The position numbers and the translations under genes were made by a program. From positions 320,001-384,000 of the forward strand of contig CAWJIE010000004.1 of NCBI GenBank assembly GCA_963842885.1: DNA of 64,000 nucleotides, given 5' to 3'. Numbering within the stretch: the stretch's first letter is position 1; the number at the start of each line of letters is the position of its first letter. The stretch comes from an uncultured Nitrososphaerota archaeon (GTDB taxonomy: Archaea; Thermoproteota; Nitrososphaeria; Conexivisphaerales; DTJL01). The notes below the pieces were generated by a model. The model was not told where the DNA came from. It made no database searches and was given only the letters and a program-made list of their open reading frames with translations. This document shows, piece by piece, positions 18,585 through 27,565 of the stretch.

Positions 18585-18710
18585 ACTCCCTTCCGAAGTC
18601 GGACAAGGTTAGCGGTTATATAGAGACTTTGGCCTCGGCAGTCGCCTCGTTCAAGAACCACACTTGAGACTGCCGCCCGTCTCGTAGTGCAACTGCGTTG
18701 CGAGCCTAGA

Positions 18711-18740
18711 GGGAAGCGCGTCCACCTAGGTCCTTGACGG
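18711..18740 (+). repeat. Right-arm repeat copy
   Basis: GGGAAGCGCGTCCACCTAGGTCCTTGACGG. Confidence 0.8.
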
Positions 18741-18854
18741 CACTCAACGATAGACGTAGCCGATCCGCCTGTCTGTCATCAGTTCTCTTTCGATTTCCCA
18801 GTGTCCTCGCCTTTGCCCACGCTTGCTCCATCGACGACCCACCCACCGCCTCGA

Positions 18855-20054
18855 CTAAACCATTCTTATGTTCGGAATGGCCCTCTCGAACTGCTTCAAG
18901 GTCATTAAGAAGGGCAATCCAGTGGCGTCACCGCCATGTTCCAGTTCGTATTCGTAGATGCTCTTAATGTAGCTTGGCAGCCTCAACCAACCCGCCCCAT
19001 CGGTAATGTAGATGAGCCTGAGGTTACGCTTGTCACAATCGTCGTAAAGCTCCTTGAAGTGAATTACTACTTCCTTTATCTTCGACATCGACGTCGTGAA
19101 ATAGTTCGTCTCCACGGCGTAGACTACCTTGCTGCCCTTGGCAAGTAGGAAGTCGAACTTCTTGTCGCCACCTCTCCAGCGTTTCTGTTCTACGAACGAC
19201 CATCTCGAAGGGTCGGCTGGTATCAATCCAGAACCGAGGCGCTCTTCTACTTCTTCAAGATCTCGGGCGCCATTCATCGACTCGTGGACGAATCCTGAGG
19301 CGAGGAGTATCTGGCGTACCCGTGTTTCCCCATAGCTCCCTCTTTCTGCCTTCACTGACTCGACGTTGGTTGTGCGCATACTCCGCTTTAGGGCGCTAAG
19401 TATGACGCTTTCCTTGATGAGCAAGAGCAAGTCTTCTTCGAACAAAAGAAATTCTGCTATCCTCTTGGCTGAAGCTGGATCTGTGGTTATCCTAGATTTC
19501 CACAATTCCCAGCACGAGGCCTCATCGTCCAAATAGGAATCGATGGTACGTTTCATGCATGCCAGCTTCTGAATCTCGTCAAGAGGCTTGATTTCAGGCT
19601 GGATTCCCGTGTAGCTCGTCCACGCCTTCGATCTGATTGCGGAACGGTACTGGTCACCGAAACGGGGATCCTCACTCATCAGTTTGTCATAGTAGGCGAG
19701 GCTATCCAACTGATCAGGGTCGAAGAGGAGTTTTATGAGTTCCGAACTTGTAAACCTTAGCTGTCTGTGCAGATGCATGAATACTAAGAAGTAGCGGGGA
19801 TCTTCCCTTATGAGGTCGGCAACCCTAGCAACGAGTTCATCAGCCTTTGCAGAGACGGCGGCCAAATCCTGAACCCGCCGAGCAAGTGCCCAGAACTTGT
19901 CTTCCCCGCCGAACACGTCAAGCAAGAATCTGTTCAACACAGGCTTGTTGGGCTCAGTAGTCTGAGGACCAGCTTTGGGGAGAAGACGCCCTCGTTCGCC
20001 GATATCGAGAGTGGCGTAGAACTCAGTAACTCGCCTATCTGTCTCCGAACTCAA
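18855..20054 (-). CDS. DpnII-family type II restriction endonuclease with N-terminal extension
   Basis: KKFDF...ETNYFTTSMSKIKEV...ITDGAGW; TTG 20054 chosen as start, downstream of a TATA-like box. Confidence 0.75.
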   Translation of the reverse strand: MSSETDRRVTEFYATLDIGERGRLLPKAGPQTTEPNKPVLNRFLLDVFGGEDKFWALARRVQDLAAVSAKADELVARVADLIREDPRYFLVFMHLHRQLRFTSSELIKLLFDPDQLDSLAYYDKLMSEDPRFGDQYRSAIRSKAWTSYTGIQPEIKPLDEIQKLACMKRTIDSYLDDEASCWELWKSRITTDPASAKRIAEFLLFEEDLLLLIKESVILSALKRSMRTTNVESVKAERGSYGETRVRQILLASGFVHESMNGARDLEEVEERLGSGLIPADPSRWSFVEQKRWRGGDKKFDFLLAKGSKVVYAVETNYFTTSMSKIKEVVIHFKELYDDCDKRNLRLIYITDGAGWLRLPSYIKSIYEYELEHGGDATGLPFLMTLKQFERAIPNIRMV

Positions 20055-20178
20055 CCCTACTGAAAGACTTCTCGTACCCAATGCTATATAAGTTGGCAGC
20101 CTTGGAGTTCGGCGTAGCATGGCGCCGAAGGCTGCGACCACAAATAGGGCACTAAATCGGCCCAGATCTTACAAGAGC

Positions 20179-21129
20179 ATGGAGCTTGTTACAGAGAAGG
20201 ACTACCTGCGCTTTGTTGGTCAGCATAGATCTGTCATGATTGGCGACGTCGAGATTGCGATAGGCCAACCATGGAACATCGGTAGCTATGCTCCGCCAGC
20301 CAGCTATGTTCCAGAAAGCTTCACAGTGTGGAGTTTCCCCGATAGAGGAGACTGGGCAACACACACGGGCAAGTATCGAGGTAATTGGAGTCCTTACATC
20401 CCGAGGAATCTGATTCTCAAGTACACGCAGGCTGGAGATACCGTACTCGATCAGATGGCGGGCTCAGGGACAACTCTGGTGGAGTGCAAGCTGCTTCAGC
20501 GCAACGGAATCGGAGTTGACATCAACCCAGACGCAGTCATGCTTGTCCAAGATCGGCTCAACTTCGCATACAATCCGTTGTTAACAGGAAGTGAACCATA
20601 TGTGGCGCCCAAGATCGAGACATATGTGGGAGATGCCCGCAACCTAGACAAGATACCTTCGGATAGCATCGACCTGATAGCAACTCATCCTCCATATGCT
20701 TTCATAATCAAGTACACAAAACAGAAGGTCGAGGGTGACCTCTCAAGCACGAGGCTTGATGAATACATCAACTCTATGAAGAGAGTTGCGAGCGAAAGTT
20801 TCAGGGTCCTCAAGCCAGGAAAGAATTGCGGAGTGCTGATAGGCGATTCCCGTGCTCACCAGCACTACATCCCGATTTCAATCGGCGTGCTAGAGGCCTT
20901 TAGAGATGCAGGCTTTATCTTGAGGGAAGACATCATAAAGCTCCAGCATCATACAAAAACGACCAGAGACAAATGGAAAGGGAGATATGACTTCTACAAG
21001 ATTGCCCACGAGCATCTGTTTGTCTTCAGGAAGCCCCTCTCCGATGAGAAGGTCGCGATGTTTCGTGATTCAGTTCGGTGGCCCAATGAAGGGTTTCTTG
21101 ATCAACTCGTGATCCCAGAAGGAGATTAG
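20179..21129 (+). CDS. Amino (N4-C/N6-A) DNA methyltransferase
   Basis: WSFPDRGDWATH, LDQMAGSGTT (motif I) before THPPY (motif IV), HEHLFVFRK; divergent from the endonuclease. Confidence 0.88.
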   Translation: MELVTEKDYLRFVGQHRSVMIGDVEIAIGQPWNIGSYAPPASYVPESFTVWSFPDRGDWATHTGKYRGNWSPYIPRNLILKYTQAGDTVLDQMAGSGTTLVECKLLQRNGIGVDINPDAVMLVQDRLNFAYNPLLTGSEPYVAPKIETYVGDARNLDKIPSDSIDLIATHPPYAFIIKYTKQKVEGDLSSTRLDEYINSMKRVASESFRVLKPGKNCGVLIGDSRAHQHYIPISIGVLEAFRDAGFILREDIIKLQHHTKTTRDKWKGRYDFYKIAHEHLFVFRKPLSDEKVAMFRDSVRWPNEGFLDQLVIPEGD

Positions 21130-21206
21130 GTAGATCTTCCACCTCATACTCATGCATGGTCAGCTTCTGATACCGTGACTGCCAGCCCATTCTTCGCAGG
21201 TCCAAG
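21127..21206 (-). repeat. Hairpin site in inverted orientation
   Basis: Minus strand reads CTTGGACCTGCGAAGAATGGGCTGG...TCAG/CTGA...GGAAGATCTACCTA; overlaps the methyltransferase stop. Confidence 0.65.
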
Positions 21207-21412
21207 TGTCGTTATATCCTTCCTCCCTCATTCATGGCGTGAAGCCCCCTAATTACAAGGAGCAGCCAGCCCGCCACGGCCCCATGTGCCGAGACTGTGA
21301 AGCCTATGAGCCTGTCGACAGCACCTGCAAGAGATATTCCGCATCGGTCGATCCCAATTACGAATGTGATAGTTGGAAGAGAAACCCCAACCTTCCGATA
21401 AAGGCGGTCTAG
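21206..21412 (+). CDS. Small HiPIP-like four-Cys protein
   Basis: NY...CRDCEAY...TCKRY...VDPNYECDSW. Confidence 0.55.
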   Translation: MSLYPSSLIHGVKPPNYKEQPARHGPMCRDCEAYEPVDSTCKRYSASVDPNYECDSWKRNPNLPIKAV

Positions 21413-21413
21413 C

Positions 21414-21433
21414 CTCGCAAGTCCAAGCCCGCG
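21414..21433 (-). repeat. Left-arm repeat copy, inverted
   Basis: Minus strand CGCGGGCTTGGACTTGCGAG. Confidence 0.65.
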
Positions 21434-21464
21434 CCCTAATGTGTCTATCAACTATCTCGGGATG

Positions 21465-21698
21465 TTATTCGCCATCCGATGCCCGTCGAGGGAGCCGAAG
21501 CCTGTACTTGGGTGAGAGCATTTCCGCTATCGTGCCAATCAGGTAGCCCACGAACGCGCCTCCGATTATTCCAATCGGATAGGCGAAGTACAACAACACC
21601 GAGGCAGCAGGGCTTCTGTAGTTCTCGACGTAGATGACGGCCCAGCCTACTCCAACCAATATGCCCAGCAGCTCAAGAGCTGTGCGCGTCCTCATCAA
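21465..21698 (-). CDS. Small two-TM membrane protein
   Basis: 77 aa with two hydrophobic helices. Confidence 0.5.
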   Translation of the reverse strand: MMRTRTALELLGILVGVGWAVIYVENYRSPAASVLLYFAYPIGIIGGAFVGYLIGTIAEMLSPKYRLRLPRRASDGE

Positions 21699-21831
21699 TT
21701 GTGAAGTACCCTGTCAGAGTAATTAACCTTAGTCTGTGCTACATCTTTGTTCGCAGCTTCAACTACAGGGTCAGCTTCAATTTGATTTCAACATGTTAGA
21801 GATAATCAATGAATTGAGAGACTTGTTTGCC

Positions 21832-21915
21832 TGTTAGAGGACCTAGGTGGATGTGGTTCCCGACGGATCCGACTTTTCTGTCCGTAACCGTCATAGAATA
21901 TCTCCTTTGCTGGCC
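21832..21915 (-). repeat. Long inverted repeat, right copy
   Basis: Minus strand GGAGATATTCTATGACGGTTACGGACAGAAAAGTC...GTCGGGAACCACATCCACCTAGGTCCTCTAACA. Confidence 0.85.
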
Positions 21916-22012
21916 AAGTTCTATTTCAGAGCTAAGGGTCTTAGCAACTGATGATGTCTGATGCGACGCGAAGCGAGAAAGGTGAAATTGAACCCAACAT
22001 GATTGGTCATAG

Positions 22013-22027
22013 TCCCACCCCCCGCAC
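22013..22027 (+). repeat. attR core
   Basis: TCCCACCCCCCGCAC duplicate of the tRNA-Leu 3' end. Confidence 0.85.
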
Positions 22028-22488
22028 ATATTGTAGAATTGAGTAGCATGCGTCCTGCCCAGACAGTTTACCGCGTCCGCCCGCTGCAGTTCTTTTGCTG
22101 AGAGATAGTGTAGAACGTAACTCTAGTCAAAGATGGCTGATCATGCCGTTTAGTAGTCATATGGCGACCTGGGGAGTGATGCGACCAAGGAAGCAAAGCA
22201 CAGGAATGTTTAATGCTGTCAGAGTGTCCTTTGGCGCGTTAGACGCCAAGCCGGTCAAAATCGGTAGGTCGATTGTCAATGGTTTGTAGTCTAGGCATCG
22301 GGCCTCGGCTTTGGGATTTCTCAAGAGAGTTCTATTAGGACCGTTTTCGTAAATGGTTACACCGTCGGATACTTGAATTTTGATGACATCTATCTGGCGA
22401 AGGAAGACAAAATCATCAGGCCGAAAGCGGAATATGTTAGGTTGAGAAACCGGGAATGTTTATTTTTGAGTGGGCGACAAAGTCTGAC

Positions 22489-23133
22489 CTAGGTTCGCTT
22501 ATGGTTGAGTTTGGACGCTTTAAGTGCTTCGAATTCCTCTGGAGTATCAACATCGAGCAAGGAAAGGAGAGAAAAATCAAATTCGGCAAGGTTTTCGGTG
22601 GATATGAACAAGGTTTTCTTGCATTTTTTAGCGATTTGCCAGAGCTCCAACGTCTTGCTTTTCCAAAGATCCTCGAGCACTGGCAAAATAGTCTTTCTAT
22701 TGTAGACGGCGTGTATTGCTTCGAGCTTGCCATCTGGCCATAAAGGTATCACTGAATCGAACTCCTTAGACTTGGAAATCATTTCTATCATCACGTTCGG
22801 GTTCATGAAAGGTGAATCGACTGGGAATACGGCTACGTGTTCTTCAGGAATTTGCCGGAAGGAAGACAAGAGGGCCAAAAGGACCGAGCGAGGACTATCG
22901 TATGAATCTGTCAAATAAGTTGTTCCGGGTGGAAGCATAGGCCTTAGACGGCTAGTTCCTCTACTGTCATGAGTTGATACATAGATGTGGTCGGCGAATC
23001 CGTTAGCTGCGTCGTAGGCCCAGGTGATAAGAGGTTTAGATTCTATTATTAGAGTGGCCTTTTCTTTGCCCATGCGTGAGGAAAGGCCTCCTGCTAGTAT
23101 CAAGGCGGCAGAAGCTCCATGTTCCGATTGCAA
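22489..23133 (-). CDS. mobA: Molybdenum cofactor guanylyltransferase
   Basis: ILAGGLSSRMGKEKA, PVDSPF, EAIHAVY, DVDTPEE. Confidence 0.85.
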   Translation of the reverse strand: MQSEHGASAALILAGGLSSRMGKEKATLIIESKPLITWAYDAANGFADHIYVSTHDSRGTSRLRPMLPPGTTYLTDSYDSPRSVLLALLSSFRQIPEEHVAVFPVDSPFMNPNVMIEMISKSKEFDSVIPLWPDGKLEAIHAVYNRKTILPVLEDLWKSKTLELWQIAKKCKKTLFISTENLAEFDFSLLSLLDVDTPEEFEALKASKLNHKRT

Positions 23134-23208
23134 ACGTGTTTACTGTCGTAAGTACTTACATATAATCGTAAAATAGGGCGAATTCAGAATAGTGATGACG
23201 CAAGGTCA

Positions 23209-24639
23209 ATGGTGAGCCGTAAAGAGGATGAGGTTGCAATAGTAAGGAAGATGCTTGAGCTAGGCTACGAAGTCGAACTCGATGCGATTGGGGAGCTGCT
23301 TGATCAAGAAGGCGGACCTGAGCCAGTGCTTCGCATACTCGAAACTATAATGAAGATTAAGGCCAAGCAGCGTGGGAAGCATTTTGTTATTGGCTCTAAG
23401 GACGTTAAACCGTTTCTGCATGCCAATGCCGATTTGGGTGTATTGGAAAGAATCGTGCCGGACTTTAAGGTCATCTTCGATCCGACTGGAAGCATCAGCC
23501 CTACGGCTGACACATCTGGATATGTAGAGATGTTCAGGAGCAGGATTGAGAAGATGTCTTCCATCATACGAAACCGACCTGATTTCTTTCAAATTGAGAA
23601 ACTGAATGCCATCAAGACGCCAATTTCGGGCAAAAAGGTGTTAGCGAAAGTTGTAGGACTTGTCGTGTCAAAGAAGGTTTCTGAGGATTACACATCGTTA
23701 ACTTTGGAGGATGACAGTGGATACTTACGGTTGATGTGTACTGACGACGCGATGCGAAAGGTGGATGAGGTTTTGATTGACGAATTCGTCTTGGCGGAAG
23801 TCGAATCGTTACCTCGAGGGTATTATGCTAGGAACATCTATCATCCAGATTTGCCTGAAAAGTCTAAACGAACATCGGACGAAAGGGTTTATGCCGTTTT
23901 CGTCTCGGATCTTCATGTGGGGTCGGCGGATTTTGACGAGGCTGCCTTTCTAAAGATGATTAGTTGGCTGAATGGTGATTTCGGTGAGCTAGAAATCGTT
24001 TCTCGAGTCGGGTATTTGATTCTGAATGGAGACCTCGTTCAGAATCCGTTGGCTCGCGACGGTCATTTGAATGAGATGGGTGTGGAATCATATTACGACA
24101 TGCTCGCGGATTACTTGAGCAAAATCAAGAGACCGGTGAAGATCTTCGTCGTGCCGGGGGAAATGGATGCTACACGAATGGCGTTGCCTCAGCCTGCTAT
24201 CATCAGGAAATATGCGAGGAGGCTCTACGAAATGAAAGGCGTGTTGATGTTGGGTAACCCATCTATGATAAGCCTCAACGGCGTGATAGTCTTGCTCTAT
24301 CATGGGCAGAGCTTGGATGATGTCTTTAGACAGCTACAGTCCACCTCTTCGAGCAGGCCCTGTACTGGAATCCGTGCCTTGTTGAGAGCCAGACACATGG
24401 CTCCTACATATGGTGGATTGACTCCGTTGGCTCCTGAAAGAGAAGATCTTTTGATTGTAGATCCGGTTCCTGACATCGTACATTGTGGTCATGTTGGCAT
24501 TCCGGATGAAGATGTCTATAGAGGGACGTTGTTACTGTCTACTCCTTCCTGGGTTGTTGACATGAAATCGTCTGCTGGTAGCCAAGGTAAGGCAGCGCTG
24601 GTTGATTTATCGACCTTTGATGTTTTGTGGCGAGCATGA
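23209..24639 (+). CDS. polB: DNA polymerase D small subunit DP1, exonuclease predicted inactive
   Basis: OB fold (LEDDSG), SDLHVGS, ALPQP, NPSMI, YHG, RHMAPTYGG; but GDLVQ, PGEMD and GHVG replace GDxVD, PGNHD and GHxH. Confidence 0.88.
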   Translation: MVSRKEDEVAIVRKMLELGYEVELDAIGELLDQEGGPEPVLRILETIMKIKAKQRGKHFVIGSKDVKPFLHANADLGVLERIVPDFKVIFDPTGSISPTADTSGYVEMFRSRIEKMSSIIRNRPDFFQIEKLNAIKTPISGKKVLAKVVGLVVSKKVSEDYTSLTLEDDSGYLRLMCTDDAMRKVDEVLIDEFVLAEVESLPRGYYARNIYHPDLPEKSKRTSDERVYAVFVSDLHVGSADFDEAAFLKMISWLNGDFGELEIVSRVGYLILNGDLVQNPLARDGHLNEMGVESYYDMLADYLSKIKRPVKIFVVPGEMDATRMALPQPAIIRKYARRLYEMKGVLMLGNPSMISLNGVIVLLYHGQSLDDVFRQLQSTSSSRPCTGIRALLRARHMAPTYGGLTPLAPEREDLLIVDPVPDIVHCGHVGIPDEDVYRGTLLLSTPSWVVDMKSSAGSQGKAALVDLSTFDVLWRA

Positions 24640-24641
24640 CC

Positions 24642-25844
24642 TCAGAAAAGCGTTTTCATGGTTTCGTCGTCCTTCAGAGATGCTTCCACCACCTGTTGCG
24701 GTACCTCTAATCTAATCTTCTTTGATCTGCCCATCCTGCCTTTGCTCACCACCGGGGCAGAGACGAGGCCCAGTAGATCTAGCTCGCTGAGCAAACCGCT
24801 TACTCTCCTTTGTGTTAAAGGCTCAAGTCCGAGTTGTTTGGTGATGTCGATGTATTTTGCGTAGACATGGCCGGTGTTCTCTGCCTCTTTGAAGTATGAA
24901 ACTGTGAACAGTGTAAGCTTGCCATGAATCGGCAGTGATTGAATGGCTTCGAGCACGCGGTCTCTTTCTATGCTCTTTGAGGCCTCCTTCACGTGAGAGT
25001 CTGTGACGATTTCGGCGCCTTCTCTTTCAGCGAGCTCTCCAGCGACCCGCAGAAGGTCTACGGCGCGCCTTGCGTCTCCATGTTCTCCGGCTGCCATGCC
25101 CGCGCAAAGATTAACTGCGGCTTCGCTGACTTTCTCTTGAACGAAGGCCATCTCAATTCGTTCGTGTAGTATTGCTTTAAGTTCGTCCACGGAATAAGGA
25201 GAAAACACTATTTCCTCCTCATTGAGGCTACTGAGGACCCTAGGATCGAGGGATTCCTTGAACTTGAGGTCATTTGATATGCCAACGAGTGCGATGAATG
25301 CGTTGTTAGTTAGGTTCTCGTTGGCCCTGGTGAATTCATAGAGTAAGTTGTCGCCAGAAGATTTCACCATGAAGTCGATTTCATCTAATATGAATATCGT
25401 CTTCAGAGAATCTTCTCTTATCTTGGTGGTGATTCTGTTGAAGGCTTCGCTGAGAGACAACCCGGTAAATGGAAGTATAACTCCAAGACTGGAAGCTAGT
25501 TCCGAGAGGATTCTGTATTCTGTCGAGGCGATACGTGTGTTAACATATGCTGTTCGGACGTTTGTATCAATGGTCTTGCTCTTTTCCGCCATGCGTTTTA
25601 GGACATATTTCGTGACGACGGTCTTACCCGTGCCTGTCTTGCCATAGATGAGAAGGCTAGATGGTTTGTGACCTGTTAAAGCAGGGGATAGAATTTGAGC
25701 GACGCCTTTAATTTGAGCATCTCTGAAGTGAATCTGATTTGGGATGAACTCGTTTCTAAGGACGTTCCTATTGATGAATAGTGTTTTACCGCTTATCGCT
25801 CTTTCGAAGATATCATCTAATGAATCGGAAGGTTGGTTTGTCAA
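24642..25844 (-). CDS. cdc6: Orc1/Cdc6 replication initiator
   Basis: YGKTGTGKT, ILDEID, LDPRVLSSL, GDARRAVDLLR, wHTH; start moved to TTG 25844 because the ORF-track start lies in an ORB. Confidence 0.95.
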   Translation of the reverse strand: MTNQPSDSLDDIFERAISGKTLFINRNVLRNEFIPNQIHFRDAQIKGVAQILSPALTGHKPSSLLIYGKTGTGKTVVTKYVLKRMAEKSKTIDTNVRTAYVNTRIASTEYRILSELASSLGVILPFTGLSLSEAFNRITTKIREDSLKTIFILDEIDFMVKSSGDNLLYEFTRANENLTNNAFIALVGISNDLKFKESLDPRVLSSLNEEEIVFSPYSVDELKAILHERIEMAFVQEKVSEAAVNLCAGMAAGEHGDARRAVDLLRVAGELAEREGAEIVTDSHVKEASKSIERDRVLEAIQSLPIHGKLTLFTVSYFKEAENTGHVYAKYIDITKQLGLEPLTQRRVSGLLSELDLLGLVSAPVVSKGRMGRSKKIRLEVPQQVVEASLKDDETMKTLF

Positions 25845-26384
25845 GGGCCCCCGCCCCAATATTTCCACTGGAAAATATATAACCTGATGGTTTGTTGAGA
25901 GTTAAAAGAAAACTATACCGCTTTTGTTTACTCTAATGAATACATATACTATCATGTCAATACTAATTGGCTAACGACCTAGACCAAATTCATATAGCAT
26001 CATCCAACGTTATACTGATTACCACGAAGAAATCTTCGACAATCTCCACTGGCAATCCATGGGTGCCCCCGTCCAGCCACACCACGGACATCCGATCCCT
26101 TGGCAATCTGTTAACTTTTAAACATCATTCGACCAACAGAGCCGATTCCCTGACCCCTTTGTTTCCACTGAACTCATTCCACACCACAGATTTGTTAACA
26201 TGCTCAAGTCGACCCCAGTGCGTCCACTGGGGCTCATAGAACTAACTAATCTTCTTGTTCTGCCAAGCGACAAGTTAACTTCGGTAAACAACCATCAAAA
26301 ACACCTGCCGTCTCATAACGAATCGAACAAGATTCACAAACCGGTTAACAGGTCATCACTGTTAACTGTTATATTCGCTAAGCA
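25845..26384. other. Replication origin (oriC)
   Basis: ORBs on the minus strand: TTCCAGTGGAAATATTGGGG (~25854-25873) and GTTCAGTGGAAACAAAGGGG (~26154-26173); partial TCCACTGG at ~26045 and ~26223; AT-rich tract 25870-25970; upstream of cdc6. Confidence 0.85.
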
Positions 26385-26840
26385 TTGACCTTACTCTACT
26401 CCTTGGGAAGACAGGTAAAAGTCCAATTCGAGGGATCCGACGGAGAACGATACACCATCAAGCTAGAGGGAACTCTTTCCCGAGACAAAGTGATGCGCAT
26501 AATGGATATGTATGAACTATTGGCCCAGGAAGAGAGCTCCAAACCCGAAGCAAACGACGAGACATTATACGGCAGAATCCAAGGCCTTATCAGCGAGAAG
26601 TTCACTCTCAAACAATTCACATCAGATCAAATACGAGATACATTCGAAGACATTTACAACCAACCAATCAAGCTAGCTGAAGTAAGTACATATCTTTCAA
26701 GGATGAACAATCAGGGCTTTGTAGCTAGAAGGAAACGTAGCAGAAAATGGCTGTACTCGCTCGTTCCTCCTGCGAAGATTCAGACGCCACAAATAATACC
26801 CAGACAGGGAACTCGGTTTACTCAGATAATAGACCGTTGA
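26385..26840 (+). CDS. Winged-helix protein, divergent from cdc6
   Basis: FTSDQIRDTFEDIYNQPIKLAEVSTYLSRM...KWLY. Confidence 0.75.
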   Translation: MTLLYSLGRQVKVQFEGSDGERYTIKLEGTLSRDKVMRIMDMYELLAQEESSKPEANDETLYGRIQGLISEKFTLKQFTSDQIRDTFEDIYNQPIKLAEVSTYLSRMNNQGFVARRKRSRKWLYSLVPPAKIQTPQIIPRQGTRFTQIIDR

Positions 26841-26879
26841 GAAACCCTCCAACGACAAAAAAGGCATTAAATGTAGATA

Positions 26880-27518
26880 CTAGAGACCGGGCAGGGGGCT
26901 ACCTGTGACCATATCACGTCCGGTATCACTCAACACATAAGAATAGGGCTTCTTCGAGGCGTCCCTGACCACAAATCCCCTATCCGCCAGAGACTTCATT
27001 ATCCTAGCAGCATGTTCCCTGCTACTCCCCAAAACAGCTTTGATCTCAGATGCGGTCATTCTTCGACCTACAAGACTTCTTAACACTACAACCTCAACCT
27101 TGGAAGATATTTTCAAGTCGCTCCGATTAACCAGTTTACTACCTTCCTTCCTGGCCCTTTCCATCGAAGAAACGGGCTCTAATCGCTGACGAAACACTGC
27201 GACGTCCGATTCTCGAGTCGCCGAGGTCAGATTGGTGACAGCGGGTGGAAAAGGAGTAAGAGCTTGGAAAGCCGACCACCCGGTTCTTAGCAATCGATCC
27301 TCCAAGACATCAAGTTTCACCTGTACATCAGCGAGTCTTCTGTCCTGTAGCGAGGCCCTCGCGTTCAACTCTTTCATCATACTTGCTATCACATCAGAGC
27401 TATCGACATAAGCAGCCGAAGCTCGCCGTAGCACAGGTAGATAGCGTATCAGAACAATGAATGAAGAGATACTGAGCAATGAAACCCCAAATGCAATGTA
27501 GACTAACACATCAACCAT
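26880..27518 (-). CDS. TM + coiled-coil + wHTH protein
   Basis: N-terminal TM helix; SREHAARIMKSLADRGFVVRD...PYSYVLSDTG. Confidence 0.7.
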   Translation of the reverse strand: MVDVLVYIAFGVSLLSISSFIVLIRYLPVLRRASAAYVDSSDVIASMMKELNARASLQDRRLADVQVKLDVLEDRLLRTGWSAFQALTPFPPAVTNLTSATRESDVAVFRQRLEPVSSMERARKEGSKLVNRSDLKISSKVEVVVLRSLVGRRMTASEIKAVLGSSREHAARIMKSLADRGFVVRDASKKPYSYVLSDTGRDMVTGSPLPGL

Positions 27519-27565
27519 ATGATGACAACATGTGATTTCTGAGGTGTGATATAAGTCTTGTCAGG

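Larger units (their letters stand above)
3321..22027. mobile_element. Integrative element (~18.7 kb) inserted in the 3' end of tRNA-Leu(CAA)
   Basis: Perfect 15-bp direct repeat TCCCACCCCCCGCAC at 3321-3335 and 22013-22027; integrase next to the tRNA; accessory cargo between; core genes resume after (mobA). Confidence 0.88.

Noticed and set aside
12431-21864. CRISPR array
   Set aside because: Repeats are separated by whole genes at irregular spacing and in both orientations; no cas1 or cas2.
12431-21864. Canonical integron (IntI plus attC)
   Set aside because: No paired RYYYAAC/GTTRRRY cores, and the integrase sits at a tRNA att site; kept only as an analogy.
22028-22488. ~460-bp gap after attR as an ncRNA or gene
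   Set aside because: Only short stems and broken frames; nothing supportable.
25845-25868. ORF-track N-terminal extension of Cdc6
   Set aside because: The GTG lies inside an ORB element; TTG 25844 is more plausible.
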